Shown: positions 1 to 20,700 of the stretch, piece after piece
Numbering within the stretch: the first letter of the stretch is position 1
Layout: the number at the start of each line of letters is the position of its first letter
Origin: Klebsormidium nitens
Taxonomy: Eukaryota; Plantae; Klebsormidiophyceae
Assembly (NCBI GenBank): GCA_000708835.1
Contig: DF237299.1
Span: 1-64,000 of the forward strand
Length of the DNA stretch: 64,000 bases
Direction: 5' to 3'
Made by a program: the position numbers and the translations under genes
The notes under the pieces: generated by a model
Told to the model about the DNA's origin: nothing
Database searches by the model: none
What the model saw: the letters and a program-made list of their open reading frames with translations, nothing else

Positions 1-643
1 CTGGCACAGCTGCAAGCTGCAACACGCCGGTCAAAATCGAGCCAGCGATCTCGGCGTCGCCCTGCCTGGGCCCAAGTTGGGGAAGAAGAAGGCTGGCAAG
101 GTGGCAAGGTGAGAGGCAGCGGCGCCCTTCTTGGGTGGGACCTCGGGTGCACATTGACACAGCGTCAAGCTGCGAACATGGAGGCTAGGAAAATGCTGCG
201 GCATTTGAGGTTGACCTCCCCCACATATGCTTCTTGACACTAGGCGGTGTTCCTTTGAGAAGGTGAGGCCGCGTCCAAAGCAATGCACAAGATGCTCTGC
301 AGTTTCGCTGGTACCGTAATATGCTCGCTTTGCTTCTGGCATATGACTTGCTGGTGACTGCTTGCTATTTGAAAGAATGCTGGTGAAGACTTCCATATTC
401 CTGTCCTGGAAGCCGTTGGAGTTGCACGGACTGTATTTCCTCTGCACGTTTTCGTACCCCACTTAAGCCTAGCTTTAGGAGTGCTCAAGGACACTCCAGC
501 TTCTGCACTTCTGAAAGGCAGATTCATTGGGCCTTATCCTGCAACCAGACGGTCATTATGTCATCCTGCGACGAGAAGTTCATAACGCGACACCTCTTAT
601 GGGTTTATTTCCACAGCTGTTTGCTTTGCCACCAGCTCAGAGA

Positions 644-6572
<5,929 letters not shown>

Positions 6573-7702
6573 CATTCTGGTGACGTTTCATGGCACGGCT
6601 TTCACTTATCTTACTACCAGATGACTTGGCTGATGTTACAGCCCTACCGCTGATTGCTGATTGGCTTATGATTTGAGAATAAAGGCGTGTAAGCTATGTG
6701 CAGACGAGAACCTATCAGCTATGGGAACATTACGGGTGAGCAGTTATCTACTGTGGCACGAACGCAAGAGCACCGAGTTCGGACACAAAGACATGTACAG
6801 TAACATTGACGGCTCCGGATTGTACCGTCAACAGTACAATTATATAAAACGCACCACGTGTAGGCTAGCAGGCGTCAGACTTGTATCTCACAAGGTGACA
6901 ATTGCCCCAATACACAGTCGAGCGCAAGCTCCTGGGCTGTCAATCTTCGAAACCTCTGCGTACATGGTGCACCAGACAAACGCCGGACCTAACTAAGAGC
7001 ATGGGGAGGCAATACACGTTTGCCAAAGGAATTTCAAAGGACGGTGGAAGGTTCTGTCCTGATGCAGTGACTCAACGGTTCAGTGTAGGCCGCGCGTTAT
7101 TTGGATGACGTTGTTTCAAGATTGGGCGACGGTGCTGGCCATGCAGACGATCCTGAACGCAGATCTGCTCATGCGGTGTGATTGATCGATGAAGATGCAC
7201 ATGCGGCGCAAAATAGTGTACGCCTGCCATGCTTAGCTCTTCTCTCAACGCACATGCTTTTAATTACGGCTCTTAAGCCCGCCATGGCCTTAAAAATGTG
7301 GCAGTTGCTTCGTGCGACGGTTCTTCGTAGCATGCAAAGCTGTGAATAGCTTTCGTCATCCATTCACATCAATGCGAGTTTTCTATCCTGCATGTAGCTT
7401 GGACCTACCTGATTGGTTCGATTAGCACATGCGGAAACCATATCCATGCGATCAGAGTTCGGGGTTTCAGAAGCCGCTAGGGGCTTCTGCACCAGCTTAG
7501 AAAGCCTGCCACTGATAGTGTTGCATGTGCCAACTTGGGAAAACGATACAGAGTGCCGTTACGAGCCTTCAAAGCTTCGCTTGGACATTGAGGACTGCTT
7601 CTAATTCTCATGTGACTCGAAACTCTGGATTGCATACACTTGATCGCACGGGGACTACCTCATACCTGATGGTAACCTATGTACACAGACTCCACAGACG
7701 AG

Positions 7703-8764
7703 TCAAGCGCTCGCCTTCCTTATCCTACCGTCCAGATCCTTGAGCTCGTCCTTGATCTCCCGCTTCTTCGCATCTACATACTTGGTGCGCTTCTGTGTCC
7801 TCAGGTGCTCTAGCTCCGCCCGCAACATGTCTCTCTTCAGAATCATCTCATCTTGTGCGCTTAGCTTCGCAGGTTCCAGGAGCGAGACCGGAGACGTCGG
7901 AGGGTCCGCGGGGGCCAATGCTTGGTGACCAGAGGCAGGATCCACGTAAAAGGTGTAGTACAAGCCTGCGCCAGCCGCTACGCAGACTGCTGCAGAAAGG
8001 AGAAGGAAAGGACCCCCGCCTTGGGACTTTGGTGGCGGTATCACGGCCTCTTCGGCGCGGGAGACAGGGGGTTGCCGGAAGGGAGGGGTGCCATTTGCTG
8101 GGGAGTTAACCTGCAGCACACATATGTAGATGTGATTGGATATGCTGTCCCAGGCTAAACTTTGGGGGTAGACATGAAATATTTACTGAGGGGTGAAACT
8201 GAAGTTGTAATTTAGACTGAGCGCCTTCAAACCTGCCTGACAGAACTCCCTATATTCAGGTCCATGACAGTGCTTGCCCCAGGATTCTCTGAGGCATTGA
8301 AGTTTAACAGGTCGTCCTCATGACACTTCATTGATCCTCAATCTTCCACAAGTCCACCACACTTCCTTCGTGCTAGCTCCATCCATGATTGTGCGGTGTT
8401 ATGCCAGTTCTTTGCGACCACTAGGTATGGTGACACACATCCTTTTGCAGCAACAACCAACCCCTTATACTGAGATTGTATGCGAAAGGAAATGCCAGAA
8501 GGGGCAGCTCATTGCAAAATGGGTTGCTGAGTGGCAACCTGTGCTGTGAATCTTGGTATGTCATCAACGGGCTCTGCATGTACCCGTGAGAACTCCTTCA
8601 AGCCTCGCCATTGCGCTGGCCACTCTTTAAGCCTTACAGAGCACTCGATTGGGACTCACTTGGGAAGAATGTAACGTCCGCCTTGCATCCATCCATTTGC
8701 CTTCTCTCAGCCGCAGCCTGCTCAATTGCAGGATATATCGCTGCATTCCCTCCCGACACGCCAT
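7703..8764 (-). CDS. Small (~170 aa) single-pass membrane protein with C-terminal coiled coil, probably mitochondrial; unknown family
   Basis: Exon 1 8764-8660 (MACREGMQRYILQLSRLRLREGKWMDARRTLHSSQ, Arg-rich presequence-like, GTGAGT donor) joins in phase 0 to exon 2 8110-7703 (CTGCAG acceptor). Exon 2 has TM PFLLLSAAVCVAAGAGLYYTFYV and charged helix KRDMLRAELEHLRTQKRTKYVDAKKREIKDELKDLD. Confidence 0.7.
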
Positions 8765-9327
8765 TCGAGGAAATCAAACGGGGCCTTCAGCAACAGAGCG
8801 AGCTAGACCAACAGTCACCTAGGCGGCATTGTAGCAGTAGAAGCCACCGCGCCAACTCTCAGATTTGGAGGATTGGAACGGGATTCGAAGGATTGAAACT
8901 TGGTAGCACAAGCTTGTTTGAAGGTTGTTAGCCGTTCTTGCCCAAGTATTAACCCAGGTTAACGCTTTCAGTTTTGAAAGTCAGAAGTCACGTTTGGGCG
9001 ACCTCGATGACGGGACCGCGGCCCTGGGGTCGCTTGCAACGTCAGGGCGTCCGCGATAGGCGTCAGAACGCAATTTGCGCTGAATCTAGAACGGAAACCG
9101 TTTCGGATTTGGGAGGATTGTGTTGGGGCCCGGAGCACAACAACATTTAATTTTGTGTGGCAGGCGAATGTCGGTGTCAGCAAAATCAGATTCACAGTGT
9201 CTGACATGCCCCTGACACCAATTGTCTTCGAGCTGTGAAAACGAGAGCACTCAGCACTGAGCAGGCTGCAGGACCCATCATCTAGGTACAGCCTCAGGTA
9301 CTAGGACAGTAGGACAGTCTACAGAGC

Positions 9328-12300
9328 ATGGCATTGGCAACGGCAGGGGGAAAGGAGACAACCAAGAATGGCGGTAGTATGAAAGGCAATAGCTACCTAG
9401 CACCTGGCGACGACCTGCCACCTCTCCTTCGCGGCGGTCTTCAAATCTCCTGGCCCAAGAGGACCCCGCAAACCATGTCCCAAAACCCTGCAGGCTTGGC
9501 CGCCACAGAACGTTCCCCGCTGGCTGTGCTTGGCCGCTTTTGGCGTCTCCTGATGGCCTGGTTCCAAGCCGTCTTTGCTAAGCTGGGGGGAAAGCGAACA
9601 GACGCGTCAGACCCCAACTTGGTCTCTCTTTCGGACGGTTCGCAGCTGCTGTCCGGACGGTCCGGCTCGGGGGGGGATGGCTCGTACACAATGGAAGACC
9701 TCCCCCCTGAGGTTCTAGCGAGGGTTTTAGCGTTGGTCCCTGCGCGCCAGCTGGCGCAGTGCAGCGCGGTATGCAGGCTGTGGCGCCAGGTGGCGGCGGC
9801 TGATTCGCTGTGGGAGCGTCACTGGGAGCGAGATGAGAAGGGTTACGAGGCGGGGCCGTATGCGGAAAAGTATCTGAGGCTGGGGCGGCGGGCCATGTGA
9901 GGATTTGATCTGGATATTTTCATGCCGCTTTATCAGGGTTTGCTTATTGAATTTGCTTCACCGCCCGTGCAGGGTTCCTTAATGCAATCTGGGTGGGCTG
10001 TGCTATTCCATCGAAAGCTTTAAATTACAGTTCATGGATATGGTGGCCTTCATCTCTCTTGAGGTCACCTGAGGTCGTTGCATACTTCATTCTGTTCCAT
10101 TTTCCTGAGAATGCGTCTTGGATTTTGAAGGACAAGCAAATGAAGGATGTTGCTGTTTCCAAAAGTTTGCAAAAGCTCCAACGTCTTAGCTGTTGCTTTT
10201 ACCCCATTGCTTCATTTGTTTTGCTACTCGGTCTGTTGCCTCTTTGGTCACATTTTCGCCAAAACTAGAGCTATGGTTGGAAACCCACAAGGCGCGAAAG
10301 GAAAGTGGCGAAAAGTCCCCAGTGTGGTTTTAAAATAGATATAACTATCATAGGCCTGAGAGTTCGCTTTGTATTGGACAAAGGTGTTTGATAATAGGTA
10401 TCCGTACTACACCCATGGAACATTGCTGATTTAGGGCCTTCCAGTAAGAAGATTCTAAGCAACATTATCAAAGGCTTTTCCTCATTGCGGTTCTGTGAAA
10501 GAGCGGTTGAGTTTGCTCAGAAAACCTTCAATTCCTAGTCAGCATTCACAAATTGTGTAGTCGTCACTCACTTTGATCATCCAATCCATGTGTTAAAGTT
10601 CATATTGTTCTGTTGTGTTTCAAAAGTTGCTAAGCCTTTCAACGACTTTTGCCGTGCTCTCTTCGCAGTCAAATCTGCAGTGGACTTCTGGTTGCCGGCT
10701 GCAAAGGCTCGAGGCATCAGCCAGTGCGGACTGTCTCTGCAATGCTTAATCACCTCCCTGTGTCGCATTTACTGTGTCGCATTTGCCCTTTTTTGTCCGT
10801 CTGTGAGGCAACGGCGGCACCCGTCCGAACTTTTGAAAGATACGCGCTTCTGCTGCGGAAACTGTATTAGAGGACACTCTTCAAGTACAGATTTGCGCAA
10901 GGATTCATATATAATTGTCCTCGTTTAATGGCGCCTGGCCGCTCTTCAAACCCGCACTCTACGTTTTTGCAGCTCTGCTCACCCGCCCCCGCTGCCGCCC
11001 CGCCTCCAAACGTTTGCGGCGCGGTGCCAGCTGCCCCGATGCGTCGTGGTGGATGCGGGCTCAGGGTACTGCAAGTATGGCTGGAGCGAGCAGCTGCGGC
11101 CCCAGGGAACGGTGCCCACCTTCCTGGTAAGCCCACCTCTTGTGAACTACCCTTTCCCCTTAAGAAGGGCGTTGTGGTCAAGGAACCCACGTGGCTCTGG
11201 CGGCGTCCTCGATGCGGTAAAGTCACCTTCAATGTCGCTGCCAAGATATAGCACGGGCGTATCACGGCAAGAGAAACAGGCGCGTCCCTGGTTATCGGTC
11301 GCTGATTGCGGACGCGTCTGCCCACACTCACTTTAAGCCTCTTTCAGTTGTCCTCATAAAACGTATAGGGTCATTTGGCCCACTTTCCTCGGTCACCTAC
11401 CCCCTGGGCCTCAAGCTTGCCAGGTTCTGTCTTCTGAATCAAGCCCCCTCTTCCATAGCTACCCTCGTCTTTTGGCGTCCCCTGCCAAATGGTCCTCTTC
11501 TGGTGTGCCCAGGTTTCTAGGATGCTCATCTAGGGCCCACTTTCCTTGTTTGTTGTCCTGCGAAATAGCCCAAAGCAATGGTAGGAACCCATGTTGGTCA
11601 CTTGCCTCTCTCTTTCCTTTCCTCATGCTGTATCATCGCTGTATATCGTGCAGGAATTTGGCAACATTGAGAGCCCGACGCTGCCACGCCTCAAGAAGCT
11701 CTACTCTGCGGTGTTCAACAGGTGAGGTCCGCATTCGTTCTTGTCCTGCCGACAAGGAAGTGGAAGTGGCTGCGCGGCTCTCGCACCTGCTTTCATCGGG
11801 CATTCAGATTTCCGCAAGGCCATCAGAATCTTTGTCAAGATCACCCTGTGTCTACAAGTGTCTACAGTGTCTACAAGCACCGAGTACCTCTTGGCTAACT
11901 TGGTATTTTCTGCAAAGCAGGCCTCATGGAGCCCTTCAATTTTCTGGTTCTTATGATTTCGGAAGATGCTCGTAGCATCGTCTCTGTTATCCCTCCCCTG
12001 ACCGCGGTTTTTCAGTTTTTGCATCGCTCAGTATCTGGTGTACCTTGCCTGCAGTCTTGGCGCTAAGGCACCCCAGCAGCCCGTCATCATCTCGGAGCCG
12101 CTCTGCTACAACGCAGGTGCGTTTACGACCATATCTTTGGCGGAACTCAGTAGACAAAAGTTTGCGGGGACTTAAGGTGTTCTTAAGGACGCGTCACAAG
12201 ATCCGGAAGTGGGTTGTTTGGCTCAGGGCGCAATGGCTGCGTTCTGGGAACCTGCTTATTGCCGTTGCGAAAGGGTCATAGGATTACCGTCCGCTGGCGG

Positions 12301-15300
12301 TGGGCTTGAGGGGGTGCTGATGATCCATAGTGATCTCCATGCTGTGCTTCTTAGAATCATCTGAACCAAACTTTCGGGTTCGACCCCGCAAATCCGCCTA
12401 GTCCTCCTGGCCCCCATGGGACTACGGGTGGTTCGCCAACAGACATAATTAAGCTCTGTCAAACATAACTTTGAAATCCGAAAGGCAGAGTCTTGAGGAA
12501 GAGCCACTAACTGCTTTGCGGTGGAATCCTCGTGAAGAGATCTTCGTGAATTGAGCAGAGCAAGACGCAAGCCCCTGTCTTTATGCAGACCCCGAGGCAT
12601 CCCGGCAGCAGCGGCGGTCGTTCCGGCAGATGACGTGCGAGGTGCTCTTCGACAAGCTCAAGGTGCCGGCCATCTGCTCCGTGGACCAGGTATGCGGCAC
12701 TTCTGCCAAGTTGCTGAATATCAGTGTTACGCAGGCCCGGAGCCTAGCCATTTCAAGTCTTGAGCGATCTCTCTCGGTTTGTATCACGGAGATTTGCGGC
12801 CGGAGAGAAGACACGCAACGCGAGACAGACGCATGCAGATCTGTGGGATCTCTCCAGGGCACCTTGTGGGTTGGTAGAGCCTCTCGTTTCCAGTGACTGT
12901 TCTAGATTTGCCTGGGCGTGATTGCCTAATCTGCGTGTATTGTTCCGCTGACGGGGTTCAGTTGCGAGCCTGCAAGCTTGTTCTTTGACTTATATTCATC
13001 AATGGTTTCTCATTCCGCCCGGCTGGAATCCCTACCCCGCACTCAGCCTTCCGCTTTCAGCATCCCAACTCACGTGAAACTTGTGAGCCCTGTCTTACCA
13101 TTCGACCCACGCCCTCCTCAGGCGTTTTTGGCTCTCACGGCGGCCCAGATGCGATCCGGTATTGTGGTGAACATCGGGTTCCGGAACACGACGATCCTGC
13201 CTGTGCTCAACGGGCGGCCGCTCCGGCCGCTGACGTCAGGCCTGCTGGCGCTGGGCGCGATGCGGCTGACGACCGTGCTGAGCGACCTTATGGACCGGGC
13301 GCATTTACACTACATGAGCATGTTCACAGTGCGTACCATCAAGGAGGTGCGGCCCCGTGTGAAGACTTGCTCGGCTTCTGCTCTGTCGGAATACGTGGTC
13401 TTCTTACAGACGAAGCTGTCCAAAGAGGTTGTCAGCATCGCCTTCATTGACAAAGGCTTATCCCTCCGAGACAGCACGATTAGATGCTCAAAAGTGATGC
13501 CCTTTCATAGTAGACCGGCCTTCCGACTAAATGCGTTTCTCGATGTGTGCACACGATGCTCGGCTTGTGATTTCAGTATCTACTTTTATACCCGCTCCGG
13601 CGAATTCGACTTAAAAGGCGACCTCTGGGCTGCACAGGAGCTGTGCTACGTCGCTCAGAACTACGACGAGGAGATGGACAAGCCGCTAACCAAGGCGAGC
13701 TGCGACGTGCGCGGCGAGGGCGTCTTTGACCTGGACCAGCAGCGCTTCCAGGCGCCGGAGATCCTCTTCCAGCCCGCACTCTGCGGCAGGTCATAGCCGG
13801 ACACAATCCCTGTTTTCCCTGAAAATGATTTCCCCCCCAAAACAGATGTTTCTGTTGTCCTCATGTTGTTCTCCCTCCCCGCTTTGGCTGCTTATTTTTC
13901 AGTCGGCTCCCTGTTGGGTCCGCTAAAGGCCGCCCACATTTCTTTTCCCACGCAGCGGCAGGTCAGAGCACGAAACACGCTCTTGTTTTTTTTTGGTGGT
14001 CCCCTTCCCCTGAAGGTAATGACGTCCCTATTGTGTTCTGCTTCTCCCCTTTGGTTGATCATACGCAGTCTCCGCCCTGTTAGGTGCCGCCAAAGAGCGC
14101 CACGTTCCCCTTTTTGCCCACGCGTTGTAGCAGGTCAGAGGCTGTCTCGTCCTTGTACTGCAGCGCTTCCGGAGACTTTGCCACTTCCTGCATATGTTTC
14201 CCTCCGCTTCAAAAAGGGTTGTTTGTCGTGGATACAAGTCCTTTCTTGGACCTGAGTCTTTCGTTGAATTTCCCCGGTTTGCATCCCCTGGCAGCACGCC
14301 ACTTGTGTCCACCTGCTTATCTTGAGAGTTGCCACCTTCTTTCTCTCTCGCTCTGGGCCCGTCTGAATTTTGGGGAAGTTTTGTCACGATGCGATTTCGG
14401 GATGCGTTTGTGGGCTGTTCTAAAAAGCAAGAACCAGTAGAAAAGAGCTTTCCAGAACCTCGAGTGCATCAACCCGAGCCCATGTTGCCAGCAAACCTTT
14501 CAGATCATTGGAAGGTCCGACACAAGAACCCTGCAAACACACTCAGAAAACCAGCCGAACCCACTTTGAAATCCCAGACTATCCCCACCTTCATTTATCC
14601 GTAACCTTACAAAGCTCTCGCCTCTCCGGACGCTAATACTTGTGTACATCTCGTTCGACAGCCCGCAAGAGGAGGGCCTGGCCCAGCTGGTGGCCACGTG
14701 CATGGAGAAGTGCGCCAAAGTCCCCGTCGCAGACCCCGAAGACGCCGGCTGGTTCCAGAACGTGCTGCTCATGGGGGGGTCCGCCTGCATCCCCGGCCTA
14801 CCAGGTACGCACCCCCCATTCCGGAGACAATCCCCATTTAGCTTTGCCCATATTGGGTTTGGCTGGTGCTCTGTTGGCAGCTCGGCTTGATCAGCAGCGA
14901 ACAGGGACATGCTTTCTGTGCCGCTACTATTGCCCGCCACTTCCGGGCCTCTGATTCTCCAAGTTGCATTAGGTGAGTGCCTAGCGTATTATGTCCGCGT
15001 GAGTCTGCACCTGCACTTGGCCGTCTCTAGTCTCACTATCCGCGGCAGCTGCCCTGCGCGTATTCACATTCGAGAACCGCATGTTTGCAGAGAGGCTGCA
15101 AAAGGACGTGACGTCACTCGTCCCCTCCAACCTGCGCTCGCATGTGCGCGTTATCCCCCCCACGCACGGCCCGCACGCGCCCTGGTTCGGAGCCAAGGTC
15201 ATCAGCAACGTGAGTGGGCCGCACATTCTCAAGCGTCTTATTGACCGATGTAGCCCAAACCTAGACCCAAAACTTATCATAAGAGGGTTCAAGGATGAAG

Positions 15301-16017
15301 TTAGACCTTTGCCAAGTGGCCGCCGCTTGTTTGCACGTCTCGAATTTCTTCATTTTGCAAGTACGATCTGATAACATGAGCAAGTTTTGGCGTCCCGCTT
15401 TAGGATCTGGTTTTCTGTAGCGGAGAGCTTACTTCATCCTCTTCGTGCAACTCGAGCCGCGTTCGATCACTGCGCTTGCCAAGAGGATGGGTCAACCCCT
15501 TTGGTTTACATTGAAGGCCTGCTCTTAAGTGCAAAGTTTGGTCTGCTTAACGAGCTTTGGCAACAACGCTGCGTTGAGGGAGGCGAGAGGTTCGATTAGG
15601 GATCGGGCGACGTCCTCTTTGATTGCTACCGTCGAGGCCGCGTGTGGGATCGTTTGCGAAAGTCTTGGGCCTCCTTAGTACACGGACTAGTTCTCGTTTT
15701 CGACGTCGAAGTATTCGATCTGTCGCGAAGTGGCCGGGCATCGACTTAATTATTGTCGAATCCGAAATATTCACCCCGGATGCATTGCAGACTGGCGGTG
15801 AAACATCTCGTTCCTGCGATTTACGGGCCAATGCCTCTTGCATAGAACCAGAGGCTTTTCTTCTTGAGCAGGTCTCAGTTGCTCATTTTGCCCAGCTCCT
15901 TAAACCATCTTTTCTTTGCAGCTGAGCACGATGCCCGGGGCATGGTGCATCACCCGGGAGCAGTACCACAAGCTCGGGATGGACTTCGTGCACGCAATGA
16001 GCTGCGACGACGACTAG
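9328..16017 (+). CDS. ARP8: Plant-type actin-related protein 8 (N-terminal F-box + actin fold)
   Basis: F-box LPPEVLARVLALVPARQLAQCSAVCRLWRQVAAADSLW in exon 1. Then VVVDAGSGYCKYGW, EFGNIESP, VPAICSVDQ, SGIVVNIGF, FTVRTIKE, RFQAPEILFQP, WFQNVLLMGGSACIPGL, IRVIPP..APWFGAKVISN, LSTMPGAWCITR..stop 16015-16017. These match the plant ARP8 motif order as recalled. Confidence 0.92.
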
Positions 16018-17771
16018 GCGCCCGCGTTTCCCGCCGCATTCGCGCACTTAGGCTTAATCACTGTAAATCTTAGGCCGCCCCGCATTTGTCAGCACGTGCT
16101 CCATAGGAGCTGAGCGCTGCAGTGCTTTGAAAGACAGCCTCCCTTAATGGGGCAAGAATTGCGCGTTGCTTGTATGTTGGAGGGTCGTTGGATGGTTCAA
16201 AGGATGGCAAGGTCGCAAATATACGGCGAGCTGGGTACTGAAGCTTTCGCAGGTTGAGGAGTCGTGAAATTGTGTCGATTGACGGCCAGGACAGCCTCAT
16301 TTCGTTTGGCTCCGTTTGTAAGTTCCATGCGTACTAGAATTTCAGAACAGAATGCTGGAATTTCATCACCAATTCGTGTACTGCCACGTGCTACTACAGC
16401 GTTACAAAAACATTCACTAAGAGAACGATACTTGGCAAACGAATACTGGCTTTGCAAGGCCCGGCTCTGCAAATCATTTAGCCGTAGGGGGGTGAGAACG
16501 AACCCTTGTGACAATCTGGCGCGTTGCTTCCAAGTTCATGCACAGCAGGGGAAGACGAGAATTTTTTTTGCCAAATGAGCTATGTGGGCTTTCAGATCTT
16601 TGAGTTCATTCCCATTTGTATCTTGAAACGTGCTTCAATGTTTGCATATGTATGCCATGAGAGGACTAAACCTATATATTTGGCTACGGCGAGAACGAAA
16701 AGAGACGAAGATCCAAACATGTAAAAATGTACACATGACATACGTTCAGCACATCGAACCGTCTTGAGCTAGGCGCTGATAGATCGAATGCACTCAGCGC
16801 GCATGACCGCAAGTATAATCTACCATGCTCTGCAATAATTCAGTCCGGCCCGCGGCTACAGCAAATGCTCGACTCCTTAACTCAGTGATTCAACACAGCT
16901 TAAAATCGACTCAACTAGCTTTAAAATTCATTGTCACTATAAATGTAGCATGCAGCGTGCATTTGAAGCTAGGTCAACATTGGACGTTATTGGACTCGTA
17001 CTGACGCACGCTGTAATTGTTTGCATGGGTTCCTTGATCGGTTGTAAACTCTCAAATAAACAACTTTACAACATATGGCGAGCTTATTAAAGTTCGTTTA
17101 GGAGTGCACACAAACGGTGCCATTCAAGATAGATTGCACCGCGGAATTCGATGTACGTTTCGTCACTCTCAAGAAAGGAGCTAAACCTGAAGTTGATGTT
17201 CACTGGGACATGCATGGACGGCTGGCATCATGACACATATATCCAACCCTAGCACCGGAATTGCGGTATACTTTCAAAAACAAATATATGCATGCCGGAG
17301 ATCCAACGAAGCCAGAATATTGCAACCCTTCCCATTTCACAAGAGCGTTTATTCAAGCAACACTACGATTCCGAATCGTCACCTTCTGTCCGCCCACTGT
17401 GTGGGTAGGTTTACAACCTATAGAACATTATACAAGATTCCTATCGTCCTTGACGGTTTGCAAGGCGATCTCGAGAATCCTTCCAAAAAATCAACCCAAG
17501 CAAGCCATTGCTTGTAGGTCCCGTCCACTGACCATTTCCTACGAACAAAGATTGAAAGAATGCTCTAAGTAACTATATGTCCCTTCACAATAATATTTTC
17601 CATTACGTGTTTGCGAACCTGGAACTCCTGTACACTACGTTTCTTCCGTACCTTTAGCGCGCATTTTGCGTTGGTAACATTCACAAAGAGGATGCAGCGA
17701 AGCGAGCAATTTCGAAGCGCAATTTCTATACGGCCAAGTTCATATCCAGCCTTTGGCGTTCGTCAGACACG

Positions 17772-20700
17772 TCACATCTTCCTGAAGCACATAACCTGCA
17801 AAGACACACAAAGAGAGTCTCATGAGACGCTCGGTTCGTGTTGCGTAGCGTCAAAACGGAGCTCACACCAACCATCGTGCTTCATTCGCATCTAGACATC
17901 GTAAGAACCCCAAGGAGTATCAGTCAAAAAAAAAAGTATCGGGAAATGCCCATCGAGTATTGTGGGTTGCTTATGGAATACTCGGGGCACTCTTGTGCAA
18001 CTTAGTGAAGCAGGGGCGAATCTGTGTGACCCTTATCAAAATGATGTTAATGTGGGCCGATTTTGAAAAGATTCGCTGGCCACATGGCGTCATCGAAGCG
18101 AGAAAGCGCAAACCCCCACCTTGGTGACGTGCGCCAGGACGGTGCTCTCGTGGCGCATGCCGACGTCAGCGAATAAGCGCTTGAAGTCCGTGTCGACGAA
18201 GCTCATGTAGTACGGCTCCTGAGAAAACACACCCATAAGCGAAAGGGTCAGCACAGTATCGATGAAACACTTTCAAACTTGAAAAAGCTTCGGAAGAACT
18301 CGGGGGAAGGTCGGAATGCTACTGTGATCGTACAAAAGAAGTGCGGAACGCCTGGCGAATCGAACGTCCATACACACAGACGTTGCCGCGTCGACTAAAG
18401 TTTCCTTGTGTGCAGCTTCTCTTCGCCGTCAGAGAAAAATAACTTTTCGGCGTCAGACAACCGGCAGCTAGCTTCCATTGCCGAACAAGACGCAAGGATG
18501 GCTACTATCACCACGAGCTAAGGTACGGTCTGCTTGGGACTCTTGGTTGCGCACCAATCCATTTACTGCCATGCTTGTATCCCTCCAGGACATCGTCTTG
18601 CATAGCGGTGAGGACTCACGTGGTAGTTCTTGGGGAAATACTTCAGATTGCTGTCCGCTTCGGGCCGATCTCCTCTCTGCAAGAAGGACAAGAACAGATG
18701 AAGCAAATTTTGGATATACCAGGCCACAGATGAAATCCGCAATGTATAATCAGGAGCAGTTCAGCACTCCCAACACACTGCGCATCGAAAGGCGGCGGTC
18801 ACAAAAGATAAACAGGCTTTGCTCACAAACTTCATCCTAAACATACTGACGCAAACTCTGTTCCTAAGACCGGAATCATGCGACAGACGCTTCTTAGCCG
18901 TCGAGAAATGGGTAACGGTGGAATACAGCAAACGGAGCACCGGGGAACCCAGCGGAGAACCACAACATCGAATCCACCAATAATGCCCATCACATTGCGG
19001 ATGCCCTGCGAACCCCGAAAGGGAAGAGCATAGAAAGGAACCAGACTACAAAGTGCGGGAAGCGTTACCTGCATGGAGTCAGCCCACACGAAGATTCCCC
19101 CCGGCTTCAGCGCCCGGGCGGCATCCCGGACCACGTTCCTTCTCGCCTTGGGGGGCAGCTCGTGGAATAGGTACACGCACGTAATCTACACCGAAGCAAA
19201 GCTGTCATTTCTTCGTTCTTTTGATGGTTTGATGCCACAGCGGTAGTCGCCGCTTGACAAGCGACACCGTGAGCGACGGCAAGCACGAGCACGCGAAACC
19301 TGATTCCGAAAAGGAGAAAAACGAGAAAGAAGCGCAGAAATACGTGCACGGTGCACCTCCGTTCCGCACACGGCATCTCGACAGCCGAAGATACGCTGCC
19401 CCGACTGTTGCTATCCCTTAAGCCTTATCGATCGTTGCCTATCCGAAAATGCCAACCTCGGGTGTCTGGTGCTCTGGAAACGGCAGGCAAAGATGCCCCA
19501 ATGATTCACGGCGGTCGATTGGGATTTTTCAAATGCCTTTACACAAATGGGGTGGCACTCACGACGTCGAGGGAACTGTCTGCGACGGGCAGCTGCTCCG
19601 CGTTGCCCTGGATGTACTCGGCTTTGGTCAAGCCCCGGTAGCCATTAACCCTCCGGTCAAACTCTGCACAATAAAAAGCGAAAGTCTTTGAATCAAGTGC
19701 GGGAGTACAACCCGAGGTGGTAGCCCCGTCTATTGCATCTCTTCGACGAATATAGGCGATGTGTACGAGTACAAGATGACTCATTGAGCAGTATGCAAAG
19801 GCGATAGACTTGAAGGACTGCAGGTTAGGTAGGGTCTGGGGCCAGTCTGGAGCCTCAAAAGGATTGCGGTGTCAAGCTTACCAGCAAAATAGTCCATATT
19901 CTTCTTGGCAGCCTTCAGATAGTACGGGCTCAAATCCAACTGCAGCAGACAAAGGAAGCTGTTCAGTACATACCTTCACGAAAGAGCGAGTAACAGATGG
20001 GAACTAAAGACCGTAATTTCCGCCACATTCGAGCGATGAAGAGCCGCAACGCTTGGTATGGAGTCAACGCGTCTTGGACCCGAGAGCTACGGAGCAAGAT
20101 TGTCATCACTTTTACGGGAAATAAAGCCACAATTAACATCTTCCGACCCGATGTAAAGCGCACCTTTTGCTTTAAATGGATACTTACGATGTCCTTGTTC
20201 GTTGAAAAGCCACCCATCCACCTTGTTTACAAGGCCAATACAAACCGTAAAGACATACACCGATAGCCCACGGGAGGTGTGCAGCGGCAACAGCACCCCA
20301 TATTTGTTTTGATACAAAGAGGATTATGCGTCTCGACTCTCACCCCGTAGACCTTAGCCCGCGGATAATTGTCCTTGAGGAAGGTGAGGAAGCGTCCGGT
20401 GCCGCACGCGACGTCCATCATGCGGACGTCCGCCTCGTTACGGCCACGCATGTAGTAGTGGAGCGGGACCAGCGTCTGCCGCTGCATGGCGTCCTGGGGA
20501 AGGTGACACGTGGCAAGGTTCAGCACGCTGAATCGAGGTTGTAAAATCTCGCTTTGGGAAAAGGTATGGAAGTAGAGTAAGCTTTAGAGCAAAACGTGCT
20601 TTACAGTGAGAGACAATTGCTAGGGAAGATCCGAATTCTGGATGTAAGACTACGTACCAGTTTGCAGCATCTGCAAAATCTTTTAGGAACGAACTCGAGC

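Noticed and set aside
1-560. Minus-strand ORFs 31-462 and 240-527
   Set aside because: No recognisable motif or confident exon structure. They may belong to a gene leaving the window but cannot be supported.
16070-17700. Short ORFs in the ARP8/methyltransferase 3' intergenic region
   Set aside because: No homology cues or splice-consistent structure.
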